From the NCBI GenBank assembly GCA_964016885.1, contig OZ024743.1, positions 187,674,001 to 187,738,000 on the forward strand: a DNA stretch of 64,000 nt, given 5' to 3'. Shown piece by piece: positions 52,196 to 64,000 of the stretch. Under the pieces are notes generated by a model that had not been told where the DNA came from, did not search any database, and saw only the letters and a list, made by a program, of their open reading frames with translations. The translations under genes were made by a program, and so were the position numbers. Numbering within the stretch: the stretch's first letter is position 1; each line of letters begins with the position of its first letter. This DNA is from Eledone cirrhosa (taxonomy: Eukaryota).

Positions 52196-53850
52196 AGGGG
52201 ACGAAAGCCGTTCAATGGGCCCGAGTGGCGGAGGTGCGTCGTGGCAACAAAGCCACGATCCGGTCTTTGGTGGACCACGACGGACGCATGCTACTCGATC
52301 CCGGGCAAATGTGTAAAGCTTTTCAGCGACACTTTGCTCAGCTGTTCGGGGGAAGCGGCAGACCGGATTGAGGGATGGACTTTAGTGCTAATCTCGACGA
52401 CTGCCGCGGCTCTCAGCCACTGAGGCGGAGTGTTGTGAAAAGCAGCTGAAGTACGGGAGGCAATGACTGGTTGCACAAGGGGTAAATTGCCTGGTTTGAA
52501 TGGTCTGCCCTAAGAACTTTACGTAGAGATGCCAGACTTGTTTGGAGGCCTCTTGGCGGACGTCTACTGCAACTGGCAACAGAACGGGAGAATTCCCAGC
52601 TCTGTGAGCCGAGGAGCGGTGGCGCTGCTGAAAAAGGATCCGAACAAGGGGGATAACATAGATAATTTCAGGCCCATAACTATGCTAAGAACAGAGTTCA
52701 AGATTTTGGCCAAGGTGCTAGCAAAGAGGTTGGCGCTTGTCATTGGTGGTCTGGTAGGAGAGGCGCACACATGTGCCATTCCAGACAGATCCATCCACGA
52801 CAACCTCCACCTCATGCGATACATCATGGAGAGGGTAGCTAAGGAACCTGGCACGGGTGGGTCCTTGATCAATTTAGATCAGTCGAAAGCTTTTGATAGG
52901 GTCGACTATCGTTACCTAGCGGCAGTCCTGAGGGCGGCTGGCTTTGGGCCCGTCTTCAGAAGCTGGATCGCTGCCATGCCCAGCGACATCTGCTCTGTGG
53001 TGAGAGTGAACGGTCACCTTTCGGAACCGTTCAACATCATGCGCTCGGTCCGCCAAGGATGTCCCCTCTCGTCCCTCTTGTCCGTATTAACTCTCGAGCC
53101 ATTACTGCACAAACGGGAGACGTTGAGGGGGGTCCCGCGCGAACTAGGATGCCGTGTCAGCATATATGGACGATGTCACCATAGTGGTGTCGAACGCCAA
53201 ACACATCGAGGCGATTGGCACTACACTATGAGAATACAAACCGGTGACAGGAGCAATGATCAACCAGGAAAAGTCGGTGGGCCTGCAGCTCGGCACCTGG
53301 AGAGGCAGGTCTATGCCACCCAGCAGCGTCGTCGGGCGCTGGACGGACGGACTGGCATAATTGCTAGGGGTTTGGTTTGGTCCGGACCTCCAGACGGACA
53401 AAACTGGGATGATGTGACGAGCAGGGTGGCTTCTCTCACCCAGAAATGGGCGGAGAGGAAGCTATCCCTGAAAGGTCGAGTGGAGGTGGCTAACGCGTAC
53501 ATCGCCTCCATCATCTACTACCACCTGACCATCGTGCCTTGTCCTAAGCCTCGCCTGACTGCGCTGGAGCGTTTGCTCTTTCGCTTTTTGTGGAAGGGAC
53601 GCGCGCCGATGGTCAGGCAGTCCATCTGCTGTAAACACACGCTACGTGGAGGACTGGGCATGCCGTGGCTGATGATGCGCAGACACGTGCTCAGGCTACG
53701 ACATCTACACCACTTCCTCGACGGTGATCAGGTGTGGTCGCCGTTTGTTAGACACGTCTTTCCCCCAGCTCGTCTCCTTGACGGAGCTGCAGTCCTGATC
53801 ACCGTCGAGGAAGTGGTGTAGATGTCGTAGCCTGAGCGCGTGTCTGCGCA
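52196..53850 (+). mobile_element. Tx1/L1-clade non-LTR retrotransposon RT fragment (GC-rich)
   Basis: PGLNGLP.ELY, NFRPITML...KILAKVLAKRL, LDQSKAFDRVD, SVRQGCPLS, frameshifted SAYMDDVT, LSLKGR, GGLGMP. Confidence 0.92.
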
Positions 53851-55560
53851 TCATCAGCCTCTAGAAAGGGATGTATGGCTATAACAAGCAGCTACTGGCG
53901 ATTTGAATCTTTATAGAAGATTGTAAAAAGAACAAAGCTCATCTTAGCTTGAATTGATAATTGGAAGGACTTTAATAGTATTTCTCATTTATGGATAATG
54001 GAGTAAACTCACATAAATAAAGAGGCCTTTCCACTGCTCAATGATATCAGTTAGGCCATGACAAAATGGAAAACCACCATAACTTTGTAAATAGAGAATA
54101 TGGAAAAGACCGTCGAAATGTATCTTATACCCATAAAAAGAGGAATTCTCGAACAGGTTTTGTTATCCCCCACTACATTTTTCTTGGCTCTGACCCCACT
54201 TACAAACTTGATGAATGAAACACCATGACACATAGATGCTATGGACAAACGTCTTTAAAATCCTTGGCTTAAAAATCTTTACAAGAAATAGTATTGAACT
54301 AGAATACCACTTAAAATTTGTCCATTGCTTCATTAAAGACAAAGATGAGTTAATGCTTGACAAATGGTCCAAAGCTGCTCCAAGAAATCGCAAAATAACC
54401 AGCACTGAAAATATTACATTAGACATAGACATCAAAATCAGAAAATTAGATAACAATCATCCTTACAAATGCCCAGGGACAGCTAAATTACATCACATGA
54501 AAATGAAAGAGAGAATTATTAAAGAATACTACAGAAGAGTTAAACTAATATCAAAAATAAAGTCAATGCTTCAATTAAAGTAATACACATAAATATGCTG
54601 ATCATACCGGGTATAAATTATAGTATTAATATAATAAACTTTTTCAAAAAGTGAGTTAAAAAATAGCCCAAAGAAGACTAGAATACTCCTTATAGCTTAC
54701 TGAAGCCACTACCCTTAAAGAAGACATAGACAAAGTATGTCTACCTCCTCCCACACCTAATACGGATGTGACCTAACACAATTAGAAAACTACTACAAAA
54801 TAACATCAGTTGGATTGGAAAAGCACTTAGAAACAAATAGAGGAAGACTGATAAACATAATGAGGAAACATAAAAAATATAAAAAAATGTAGAAAACAGA
54901 AACTACGTTTAAGGAATATATTTAGAATACAACAAAAACAAAAACAGTTAAAGAGGCAAAAAGACAACAACATGAAAACAGAATTGCAAAACATACTAAA
55001 GGAGAAAATGAAAGAAGAATCACTCCTCTGTTAATAGCATACGTGGTTCAATAAAGAAGTAAACCATCATGAACAACAACAATAGGTCAGAAACTTCAAA
55101 CTAAAAGCAGAAATGTAAGAACTGATTCTTTCTGCCCAGGATCATGTTAGCATTGGTAGCTATATCCACTGGGCAATAGGCAAACACTGTGTTGGGAAAA
55201 TGAAAACGAAGAGGTATAACTAAATACCAATGACAACACTCAGGTTACAATCTTCTAAGCATGTGCTCATCTTAACTTACAAAGAAATCAATGTAAACCA
55301 TCCAGATATTATAATCAGTGACTGGAAAAAATACATGCACAGTGATAAACATCTCAATCCCTTATACATGAAATATTGACTCCGCAAAAGTGGAAAAATT
55401 GTCAAATTTCAAGTATCTTGACTATTGAATATACAAAATGTGAAGTATGAAGGTAAAACAGAACTAATTTTGGTAAAACTGAGTATGATAAAACAATATG
55501 AACAAAAATATAGAAGCCATACACAACACTACACACTATCTGGAAACATATTTTTACCCA
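53850..55560 (+). mobile_element. R4/Dong-like non-LTR fragment, heavily decayed
   Basis: RGIL....LSP..FFLALTPL, KMKERIIKEYYRRVKLI, LKAE..ELILSAQD, VNHPDIII. Confidence 0.7.
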
Positions 55561-55938
55561 CATTCTGCACAAAATATTATCAATTCAATAGCACAGTTCA
55601 AATAGAATCTTCACACACAACTCACACCCTATACAATAAGTACCTCATAAACACAACTCACACAAATTATATTCTTCAAGATTAATATCCCATAAAATAA
55701 CACAACTTACATTACACACACCATACACAACAGAACAAACACAAAAATAACACAAGAAACTACATGCTATACCTCATAAAAATAAAACTGAAGCAGTACA
55801 CTAATAGGTGCTTATACTTCCCCAAACAACAACAACAATAATATCACAATTCTGTACACACCTCAGGAACACAGTGGTTTACAAGGTGATGTTATCGAAA
55901 TGCATATGAAAATACTGAAGAAATAATAATAATAATTG

Positions 55939-56510
55939 ATATAAAGAATGATGTGCTCATGTGCAGAGATGCTATAAAATAGCTTATAAACTAGGATGAA
56001 GACTCTTAAAAGACAGAAAAAGAAGTTGCCATCAGCCACTATGTGGAATCGAATACCATATCTCCCAAATGCATTTCAAGGGTCTTCATCCTACTTTATA
56101 AGTTATTTTATATCATCTCCTTACATGAGCACATCCTTCTTTATATTCACTTTATATTCTCAGTGAGAGATCAACATGTACACACAATGTTTATTTGTTT
56201 ACATATGTATGTCTGTTGACATCTGAAAGCTGTGATTCAGCTATGTATCTAAGTTAAGACATTAAGAGTTGTCATGGTCCCTTGGCTTAATGATTAAAAG
56301 TGACTAACTGGTATCTGGGAGATATGGTGTTCAATTCCTCATAGTGGCTGACGGCAACTTCTTTTTCTCTCATTTCAATGTCTTCACCCTATTCTATAAG
56401 TTATTTTATAGCATCACCGTGCATGAGCACACCACTCTTTATATTAGCTTTATCTTTTCAGGTCTTTGAAGAGTCTAAGAGATTGGCTACATACACAATG
56501 TTTATTTGAA
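55939..56510 (+). mobile_element. ~300-bp tandem/fold-back element containing a tRNA-like module, in (AAT)n (family H7)
   Basis: Inverted partial copy 55939-56067; direct repeats starting at 56072 and 56371; tRNA-like 56276-56350 with TGGCTTAATG and GTTCAATTCC boxes, then TTTTT. Confidence 0.7.
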
Positions 56511-56704
56511 TAATAATAATAATTGTTTCTATTTTAGGCACAAGGCCAGCAAATTGAAGGGGAGGGGAAAGTCGATTAAATCGTAATTTGGGAAGAGGGT
56601 AAAGTCAATTTAATTGAAACATACTTCACTGGTATTTTATCTTATCACTCAAAAGGATGAAAGACAAAATTGGCTTGAACTCAGAATGAGAAATTCAAAA
56701 GTAA

Positions 56705-56890
56705 ATATTGTTTCTACTTTTGGCACACGGCCAGCAATTATCCCAGTGCATTACTGATACTTTATTTTATCGACCCCGTAAGGATGAAAGGCAAAGTTAA
56801 CCTAGGCGGGATTTGAACTCAGAATGGCAAGGGGCGTAACTCTATGCATCAAAGCATTTTGTCTGATATCCTACCAATACTGCCAATCTA
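56705..56890 (-). mobile_element. SINE family A (an older related copy lies at 56520-56700)
   Basis: Same sequence family as 7712. Confidence 0.88.
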
Positions 56891-56914
56891 CCACCCCTTT
56901 AATAATGGTAATAA

Positions 56915-57305
56915 TCTATATTATAATAAAAGTGCTGTCTGTCTTTCAACCAATCCTTCCATTTGTCCTTCCAGTAATCACACTCACTTTATATAGAGAG
57001 GGTGAGAGCCAAGCAAGAGATATGTACAGAGATAGAGAGAGAAAAGGGAACGTTTTCGAGGTGACAGAAAGAGGTAGATAGACAGAAAGTTATGATGTTG
57101 CCTTCATTTATATAGAGAAAGGGGGAGGGCCATGGAAAAGAGATGTACATAGATAAAGAGACACAGAGAGAGAGTATGTGTGACAGAAAGAGGGAGAAGA
57201 TTAGATCGCTCTCATCTAATGATGATAATATTGATAATGTTTTCTTTTATTGACCACAAGGGCAGATATTATCTTAAAATATTGTTAGCTTTATTACAAG
57301 GCTAG
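56915..57305 (+). mobile_element. Possible non-autonomous Helitron
   Basis: A|TCTATATTATAATAAAAG...TGTCTGTCT 5' end and CTAG|T at 57302-57306; no clear 3' hairpin. Confidence 0.35.
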
Positions 57306-58229
57306 TGAATTATGGAAGTTATTCATAGTTCTTGACATACAGGTCCCTCAGAATATACTAGTTCATTCTCTTCAACTACTAGTTTCCTTCTGAATGTCAT
57401 TGTTCTTCCCCACTACTAATTTTCTATAAAATGCTACTGTGAAAGTTTCACCATCCAAGGATCTCTCTATAATAATAGCCTCAACACATCTTTCCATCAC
57501 TAACCACAGAATACCAATATATCTGTACAAAGAGTGTTGGAAGTAGATGGTCCAGCTAACCAGTCGAACACAGTTCTTGTGCATAAAGCAAAAAAACAAA
57601 CAAAAAAACAGCTGCTCCAATATAGCCAAATGAAAACTGAAGTAAATCATAAGTTTCAGGTGGTAATATACTATAGAGATGATGTACACATTTGTCACAT
57701 CTGGCTGACGCTCAAGAGACAGCTTCCTCTCAGGGGCTGATTATGGGCATAATGGTAGTGGTGTAATGGCTGGAACTGATACTGGTAGAGTGTGAGTGAT
57801 GTTGGCTAGTTGAAGGTAATAATGACAGTGATAATGACAATGATAATGGCAGGGATTGGATGATGAGGAAGATAATAGTGGTGGTGTTAATGATAATGAT
57901 CTATAATTATAAATTAAGTACCCAATTGTGCTTTGGAGCAAACATATTTTTTATTGATCTGTGTTTAACTAGCTCATGTTGTAGCCACTATAACCATAAC
58001 TTCGACTGGATCATGGAGTATTGAAATTGATTCAGTACATTTGGAACATGATGTTGGTAAATATCCAAACAAACATTCCTACATAGCAGAAGTGGATTAT
58101 ATTTATTTACTTTTCTGGAATTTAATTATTATTTTGGTTGTTATTACTTAGCTATACATCTTGCCTGATGGAGCAGATTTATAATCAAAGGTATTCCAGT
58201 TGTGAGATCCATTCAGAGGTATCGATAAC

Positions 58230-58560
58230 TACTTTGTACAAAACATAAACTGGCATCAACATATTACAAATGAAAGTTTATATGGAAACTTGCCCAAGAT
58301 AACTGCTACAATTGTCCAAAGAGGGTTATAATATGCAGGCCATTGCTGGAGAAGTAAGCAGGAAATTATACACAAGCTACTATCTATTGTGGGAACCAAC
58401 TCAAGGGAGATACAACAGTAGACCTGCTCAAACCTTCATTAAACAACTCTCAGATGATACAAACCTCAGCAGGGGGAAGTTGACAGGAGTAATGGAATAT
58501 CGTGAATTATGGAGAGACTTTGTCAGGTATATTCGACTGTGGTAGCAAAGATGGTGATAA
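58230..58560 (+). mobile_element. Third RTE-type family, 3' RT remnant
   Basis: HQHITNESLYGNLPKIT...YAGHCWR...LLWEP..G..RP..TFIKQL..DT...RELWR. Confidence 0.65.
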
Positions 58561-58830
58561 CTACATTATTTAACATGGGATTCGATAAAAAAATGTATAA
58601 TACAGAATATGGGGCTCATTGAAAATGTAAATAAGACAAAGAAAAACAAAGATGCATACAGTGGATCCATTAAAAATTGAGACAGATAATATAATATAAA
58701 GAAAAGGAGACGAAGAGAATCCCATTAAAATGTGAATAAAACAAATACTAAGAAGATTTAATGGACCCCCATTAAAAACAGATAACACAAAATTGGCGAC
58801 ATAGAATAGATCCCATTATAAAATGCTATG

Positions 58831-59014
58831 GGCTGTGAATTGACGGTATCAGTAGAGGGTTGGGTGCCATGCTTTCTAGCATAGTTACGTCAGTTTACGG
58901 TCCGAGTTCAAATCCCGCCAAGGTTAACTTTGCCTTTCATCCTTACGGGGTCGATAAAATAAAGTACCAGTAATGTACTGGATATTTGCTGGCCTTGTGC
59001 CAAAAGTAGAAACA
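58831..59014 (+). mobile_element. SINE family A with 16-bp target-site duplication
   Basis: attataaaatgctatg at 58815-58830 and 59015-59030. Confidence 0.92.
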
Positions 59015-59179
59015 ATTATAAAATGCTATGACATTGGTTCAGGGTGTTGCTGAAGTAGAAACAACACGTCAGGTCTCATTGAGCAGATCTATTTGTGTAG
59101 TTAGCTTAGATTAGGTGTCACCTGATGAGAGGCCAGTTTTGAAGAGGCTCCTCCACTATACAGTGGTGGGCATAACTGG

Positions 59180-59925
59180 ACCCCAAAACCTAATGTCACA
59201 CATACATGTTAAGTGTATGAAACTGTGTAATAGTAATGTACATGAACGACAAAGTGTGAATGAAGTGAGAAATTATGCATATGAGGGATCAGATGCAGGA
59301 TACTAGAGAGAAAATCGCTTGGTACGGTCATATGATGCAAAGGACAACAGCTGTATAAAAAGGTTCAGGATGATCAAAATTGATGGAAGCTATGGAGTAG
59401 GAAGACACAGAAAGTCCTGGGATAAGTTGATAAAAGATGACCGTGCACACTTGAAACTCTCAAAGACAATGACACAGGATGGAGATCTTTGGCACTATGC
59501 AGTAATACAGAAGACCCACCTTCCCTTGTACACGGACACAAACATACACTCAGTAGGCACCTCTTAATCCACTATACAAAGCCTTACACTGCTTTCCCAC
59601 TTCTGCCCACACCACCCTTACTCTGTAAAGTTATGTTGGTATCATAAAAACAACCAGGCCACACTGTAAAGTGGTTGTGTAGGTATCACGACAAAAACAC
59701 CCAGCCCACACTGTAAAGTGGTTGTGTAGGAGGCATGGCAAAAAGCCCCCAGGTCACACTGTAAATGGAATTTGGATTAAGAAGGGCATCAAGTCGTAGA
59801 AATTCAGCCAGAAACATTCCTATATGGGCAAGACACAGTCACCTGACCCAACTTACCTCTAATGGTACAAACCCGTCTAACCCATGCTAGTGTGGAAAAT
59901 AGACACTAAACGATGATGATGATGA
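59180..59925 (+). mobile_element. RTE LINE 3' part
   Basis: KIDGSYGVGRHRKSWD...VIQKTHL; 3' UTR units; (GAT)n tail. Confidence 0.87.
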
Positions 59926-60049
59926 TAATATATATATATGTGTGTGTGTGTATATATATCTATATATATCATCATCATCATCATCATTTCATTTTACGTC
60001 CGCTTTTTCCCTGCTTGCAAATATATATATATATATACATATATATGTT

Positions 60050-60252
60050 AAAGCCAGTGCTTATCCTGGTTTAATAGCCTAAAGTGACTCAGAGTACATG
60101 ACACCCCCCAGGACGCCAGTGGAGCAAACTGGAGTAATGTCAAAATGAAGTGTTTTGCTCAAGAACACAACATGCAACCCAGCCCAGGAATCAAACCCAC
60201 AACATTATGATCATAAGTTCAACATCCCTAACACTAGGCCACATGCCTCCAC
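60050..60252 (-). mobile_element. tRNA-headed CORE-like SINE
   Basis: Homologous to 35465-35718. Confidence 0.78.
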
Positions 60253-60291
60253 AAATATATATATACATATATCTATCTATCTATCTATCTA

Positions 60292-60632
60292 TGGAGAGAG
60301 AGAGGTGCTGTAGCCCAGCAAGTTTTATGAAAGGTGGGTGAAAGTGGCGAGAATGGCCCGAGTGAATGGGCCTTCTCTTCATATCAGCCTGTAGGTTGAG
60401 GAAAAAGAGGAGGAGAGGAAAGGGGTACAAACTCTTCGTACTCCTGGAGATGAGGGTTGCACATTTTTTTCGGGGGTATGTGTTACCCATATGTAATGTC
60501 TCCCCCTATTGGGGAAAATCGATTAACTTTTAAATTGTATTTGTGATAGTATTTTACACGTTTTTATTGTATGTAAACTTCCCCTTTGTATTTGTCCCCT
60601 TCTTTTGTGCCCCTGTGGCTAATAAAGAAACA
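60292..60632 (+). mobile_element. Probable non-LTR (Tx1-like) 3' end inserted in a TATC/TC microsatellite
   Basis: ORF end ...KFYERWVKVARMARVNGPSLHISL*, T-rich UTR, AATAAAGAAA; atatctatct on both flanks. Confidence 0.5.
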
Positions 60633-61005
60633 TATCTATCTCTCTCTCTATATATATATGTGTGTGTGTATGAGTGTGTGTTTATGTGTTGTATGCTTGC
60701 ACGTGCCTTGTAAAAGCATCATCCATGATATGTAACTATACGCCAATATAGTAAATGCTTGTGCCTTCAGAGGAATGAACGTTAAATGATGATGATGATG
60801 TATGTGGGTTTGTGTGTGTGTGTGTGTGTATGTATTTGCATATGTGCACATATATATGTATGTGTGGGTTGGTTTTGTGCAAATGGGTATGTATGTATGT
60901 GAGTACAACTCTAAAACTAATTTTTAACTCACCCATGAAAAGCATCATTTTTTATTTAAGTGATTAAATGATGTTTTTTTTTACCTTATTGAATTCATCA
61001 TCATC

Positions 61006-61043
<38 letters not shown>

Positions 61044-61319
61044 TAATAATAAATAAGGGGTAAAATGTAAAAGTATAAAAAAAAAAAGTTAATTCAAAAA
61101 TATAAACAAACAAGATTAATCCTCTGACTAAAATCAATAAACACAATCTGATTTTTTTTTTAAATTTTATTTTTGTTTGTGCCATTATATAGACAGTTCT
61201 AATATATTGTTTTCTGATATTGAAATAAGCTGACCACACCTATTCAAATGTTAGATGCTGGTTGGATTATTATTATTATTGTTGTTATTGTTTTTGTTCT
61301 TGTTTTGTTTTTATTGTTA

Positions 61320-61570
61320 TTATTATTATTATTATTATTTTGCGCATTATCACTGCATTACCGAGCGAAGATCTGTGCACCTTTGGTATGAGCAGTGTAG
61401 TTTTTTTCTGATGTTGTTTCTATTGTATTGATAGTACTTTTCGTAATATGTGTGCAGTGCCTAGTAGTGCTATCTGTCAAATGCTGTATATATTTATAAA
61501 GTCCTGGGGTTTTGGTTATGTATTTGTCTGTGTTTTTTTATCAGCCCGAGAGTACCTATTATTATAGGTA
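61320..61570 (-). mobile_element. R4/Dong-like 3' end with (AAT)n tail
   Basis: Minus strand PIIIGTLG...QIALLGTAHILRKVL. Confidence 0.75.
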
Positions 61571-61612
61571 CTAGCAGAAAAACTGCCCTACGGACGGTTT
61601 TATGCTGGCATA
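61570..61612 (-). mobile_element. Helitron-like 3' terminus
   Basis: Minus strand ccgtcc-gta-gggcag imperfect hairpin, then ...ttctgCTAG|T. Confidence 0.4.
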
Positions 61613-61704
61613 TATAGTGTGTATATTGGTATTATACACAAATCTATATGCATATAGATATATGTAAATTGAAAAGTAAATTGACAATATCTTCTTCTTC
61701 ACCC

Positions 61705-62330
61705 ACTTATTTCTGAGAGGGTCGTGGGGGCAGAGTCCTTCTCAAACACTCCTTCCAGCGAGTCTGTCAGTAGCAAACATCTCTAACTGATCCAGCTGTT
61801 TCCCAAAGTGTGACCAGTCAATCTCATGGATGTTATCCAACTATCTGCCTCTGGGTCTCTTGCCGGTTGGTTTTGCCTGTAAAATGTGTCCAGCTATTCT
61901 TTACTGAGACATTCTAACTACATGCCCATAATATCAGAGTTGTGATTTCTCAATTCGGAGAAGTAGCGGCTCTACCAGGAGTGTCTCTCTGGTCTCTGAT
62001 CTATGCACTTTATCGAGTAACGTTACTCCGAAGACCCTTCGGAGGAATCCCATTTCTGCCACTTTTATTTGCAATTGTATTCTTTTGGTCATTACTCAAG
62101 ATTCATGATCTTCGGTAAGAGTTGGCAGGAATACCAGCAAGGCAGCGAGTTTGGCTTTTACACCCCTGCCTCCTTCATCCGATTGCTGAATGCTGAGGCT
62201 GGCGCATTACTGCATCAGGCTTTGCACTTTTTGCAATTCAACCTTCTGCATTCCATCACTCATGAACACAGCTCCAAGATACTTGAACTTCTCTAACTGC
62301 TTCAGTGGAACTCCATTTACATATATATAA
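61705..62330 (-). mobile_element. Rex3/Expander-like RTE fragment
   Basis: EKFKYLGAVFMSDG, PTLT...ES.VMTKR, AEMGFLRRV.G, LLLRIERSQL..YGHV.RM, GKRPRGR. Confidence 0.82.
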
Positions 62331-62514
62331 ATTTGAGGGACTTCTGTCCACCCGTCCATCACGCAATGTGTATGCGTGTTTGTGTGAATGTATGTGTGTG
62401 TAAAAGGAAGGAAAGGGATACACACATATATATGTCTAACTTAAAAACAGTGACACACACACACGTGTCTCTAATTTAAGAATGCCGACAAACTCACGCG
62501 TGCACACATACACA

Positions 62515-63140
62515 CACTGGCCTATACCACACAAGAGCTTTGGCCTGGGCAAACATCCCCTCAATTTTGGAACCGTCTGGGTTGTCCTGAATTGATGGGA
62601 AAAGACTTGATGGTCTTACTCTGTGCTCCTGGTCAAGAGGCAGGTGCCTTACCTGGGACATCACAATTAGTGACTCTTTTGCTTCTTCCCACATCCTGGA
62701 TGCAGCGGTAAGGGCGAGAGCTACAACATCTGCAGCTGAACGGATCAAAATCCTAAAATACCGTGTTCTGTCAGCTAACTACATTATCCAGCCTGTGGCG
62801 TTCGAGACGTTTGGGGGAGTCGAGCTACTGACAGCAAGATTCTTATTTTCACTGGCGGCTCACCAAACAGAGGTAACTGGTGATGCTCGTGAAGGCACTT
62901 GGTTGTTCCAGCACCTCAGTGTCGCCATCAGCCCAGGTAATGCTGCAAGCGTGCTGGCCTGCCTCAAAAATTATTAGAGAGGTTTCCCAGTGCTCCTCGC
63001 TATATTGCTATCTTTTGCCCTGGTAGTGGCTCATTTTTTCACTCTTTCGTCTGCATTTTGTTCAATGTGGTCTATGATGTGTGTATTACCTGCTTGTGTA
63101 TTTTTTCTCTTTCTTTTTTTCCTTTCCCTTTTCTTTGCAT
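62515..63140 (+). mobile_element. CRE-clade non-LTR retrotransposon 3' end (restriction-like endonuclease)
   Basis: RAL..ANIPSILEP.GL..DGKRLDGLT..W.RGRCLTWD.T..D...AAERIKI.KY..L...I.PVAFETFG...TGDARE..WLFQHLSVAI..GNAASVL*. Confidence 0.85.
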
Positions 63141-63151
63141 ATATTATATTG

Positions 63152-63533
63152 AATTGGCAGTATTGGTAGAGGGTCGGACACCATGCTTTCCAACATAGTC
63201 ACGTCCCTTTACGGTCTGAGTTCAAATCCCGTCAAGGTTAACTTTGCCTTTCATCCTTACGGAGTCGATAAAATAAAGTACTTGTAATGCACTGCGATAA
63301 TTGCTGGCCTTGTGCCAAAAGTAGAAATAATTATTAAAAGGGTGGTGGATTGGCAGTATCGGTAGAGGGTTGGCTGCCATGCTTTGTAGTACAGAGTTAC
63401 GGCCCTTTAAGATCTGAGTTCAAATCCCACCGAGGTTAACTTTGCCTTTCATCCTTACGGGGGGTCGATAAAATAAAGTACCAGTAATACACTGGAATAA
63501 TTGCTGGCCTTGTGCCAAAAGTAGAAACAATTA
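63152..63533 (+). mobile_element. Two tandem SINE family A copies (63152-63335, 63349-63533)
   Basis: Both carry the family A head, centre and tail. Confidence 0.9.
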
Positions 63534-64000
63534 TATTTGTTAATGTTTTTGTTCTGTAACCATTATATTAAATGAGTTTTTAAAAAAAGAGTTAATAAAT
63601 AGATGAAGAGTTAATGAATAAATAAAACGTTATACTTGTTTCACCCTCCTATTTCCAATTCACCGAACGCTACTATCATGACTGTATGTGTGTGTTTGTA
63701 TAAATGTATATGTGTGAATGTATATGTGTGAATGTATGTATGTTTGTGTGAAGGTATGTGTATTTGTGTGAATGTCCGTGAGCGTGTATTTTTATAAGTT
63801 TGTGTTTGCGTGATTATAGTTATATACTCATACATATAAATGTATGTATGTGCACACTCATGCGCGTCAGCGTGTAGAAAATCATAATCTCTCTATCTCT
63901 CTCATCATAATCTCTCTTTCTACATATATGGTAGTTGAAGTGGTGGTGGTGGTGACGGTATACCGGAAGTGTAGAAATGTGAATGAAACTTTGAAAAGAA

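Noticed and set aside
56276-56350. Functional tRNA gene
   Set aside because: A and B boxes are present, but acceptor and anticodon stems pair poorly and it lies within a repeat unit.
57530-57745. Possible RLE-type non-LTR 3' remnant
   Set aside because: Similarity is too weak to support by eye.
59115-59165. CCTGATGAG possible hammerhead
   Set aside because: A weak stem II is possible, but no GAAA box or cleavage triplet follows.

Overview
Eukaryotic, AT-rich, microsatellite-dense DNA made almost entirely of transposable elements. I found no supportable host exon. The repeat repertoire suggests a mollusc, probably an octopod cephalopod (inference). Main contents: (1) a nearly intact Ty3/Gypsy LTR retrotransposon on the minus strand (1-4887) with one frameshift; (2) a decayed, near full-length Penelope-like element (PLE, Naiad-type RT/GIY-YIG) with an inverted pseudo-LTR (about 5.2-8.4 kb); (3) many RTE-clade LINE copies with a PHD-like finger inside the RT, plus Rex3/Expander-like, R4/Dong-like, Tx1-like and CRE-like fragments; (4) tRNA-headed SINEs, a MITE and Helitron-like ends. 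The most interesting signal is a dense set of short non-coding elements, mostly in (TA)n or other microsatellites, carrying type I hammerhead ribozyme (HHR) motifs. Two cores look intact or near-canonical (30884-30928, 44299-44356) and several are decayed. Most of these elements are fold-back (inverted) structures with an unpaired 3' tail. Two tandem families with no evident sequence similarity (429-bp and 300-bp units) share one layout: octamer, then a TATA-centred palindrome, then an HHR, about 40 nt apart. A third ~300-bp unit has a tRNA-like Pol III module instead. Together these look like a PLE-mobilised, retrozyme-like system. All calls were made by eye and coordinates of decayed elements are approximate.
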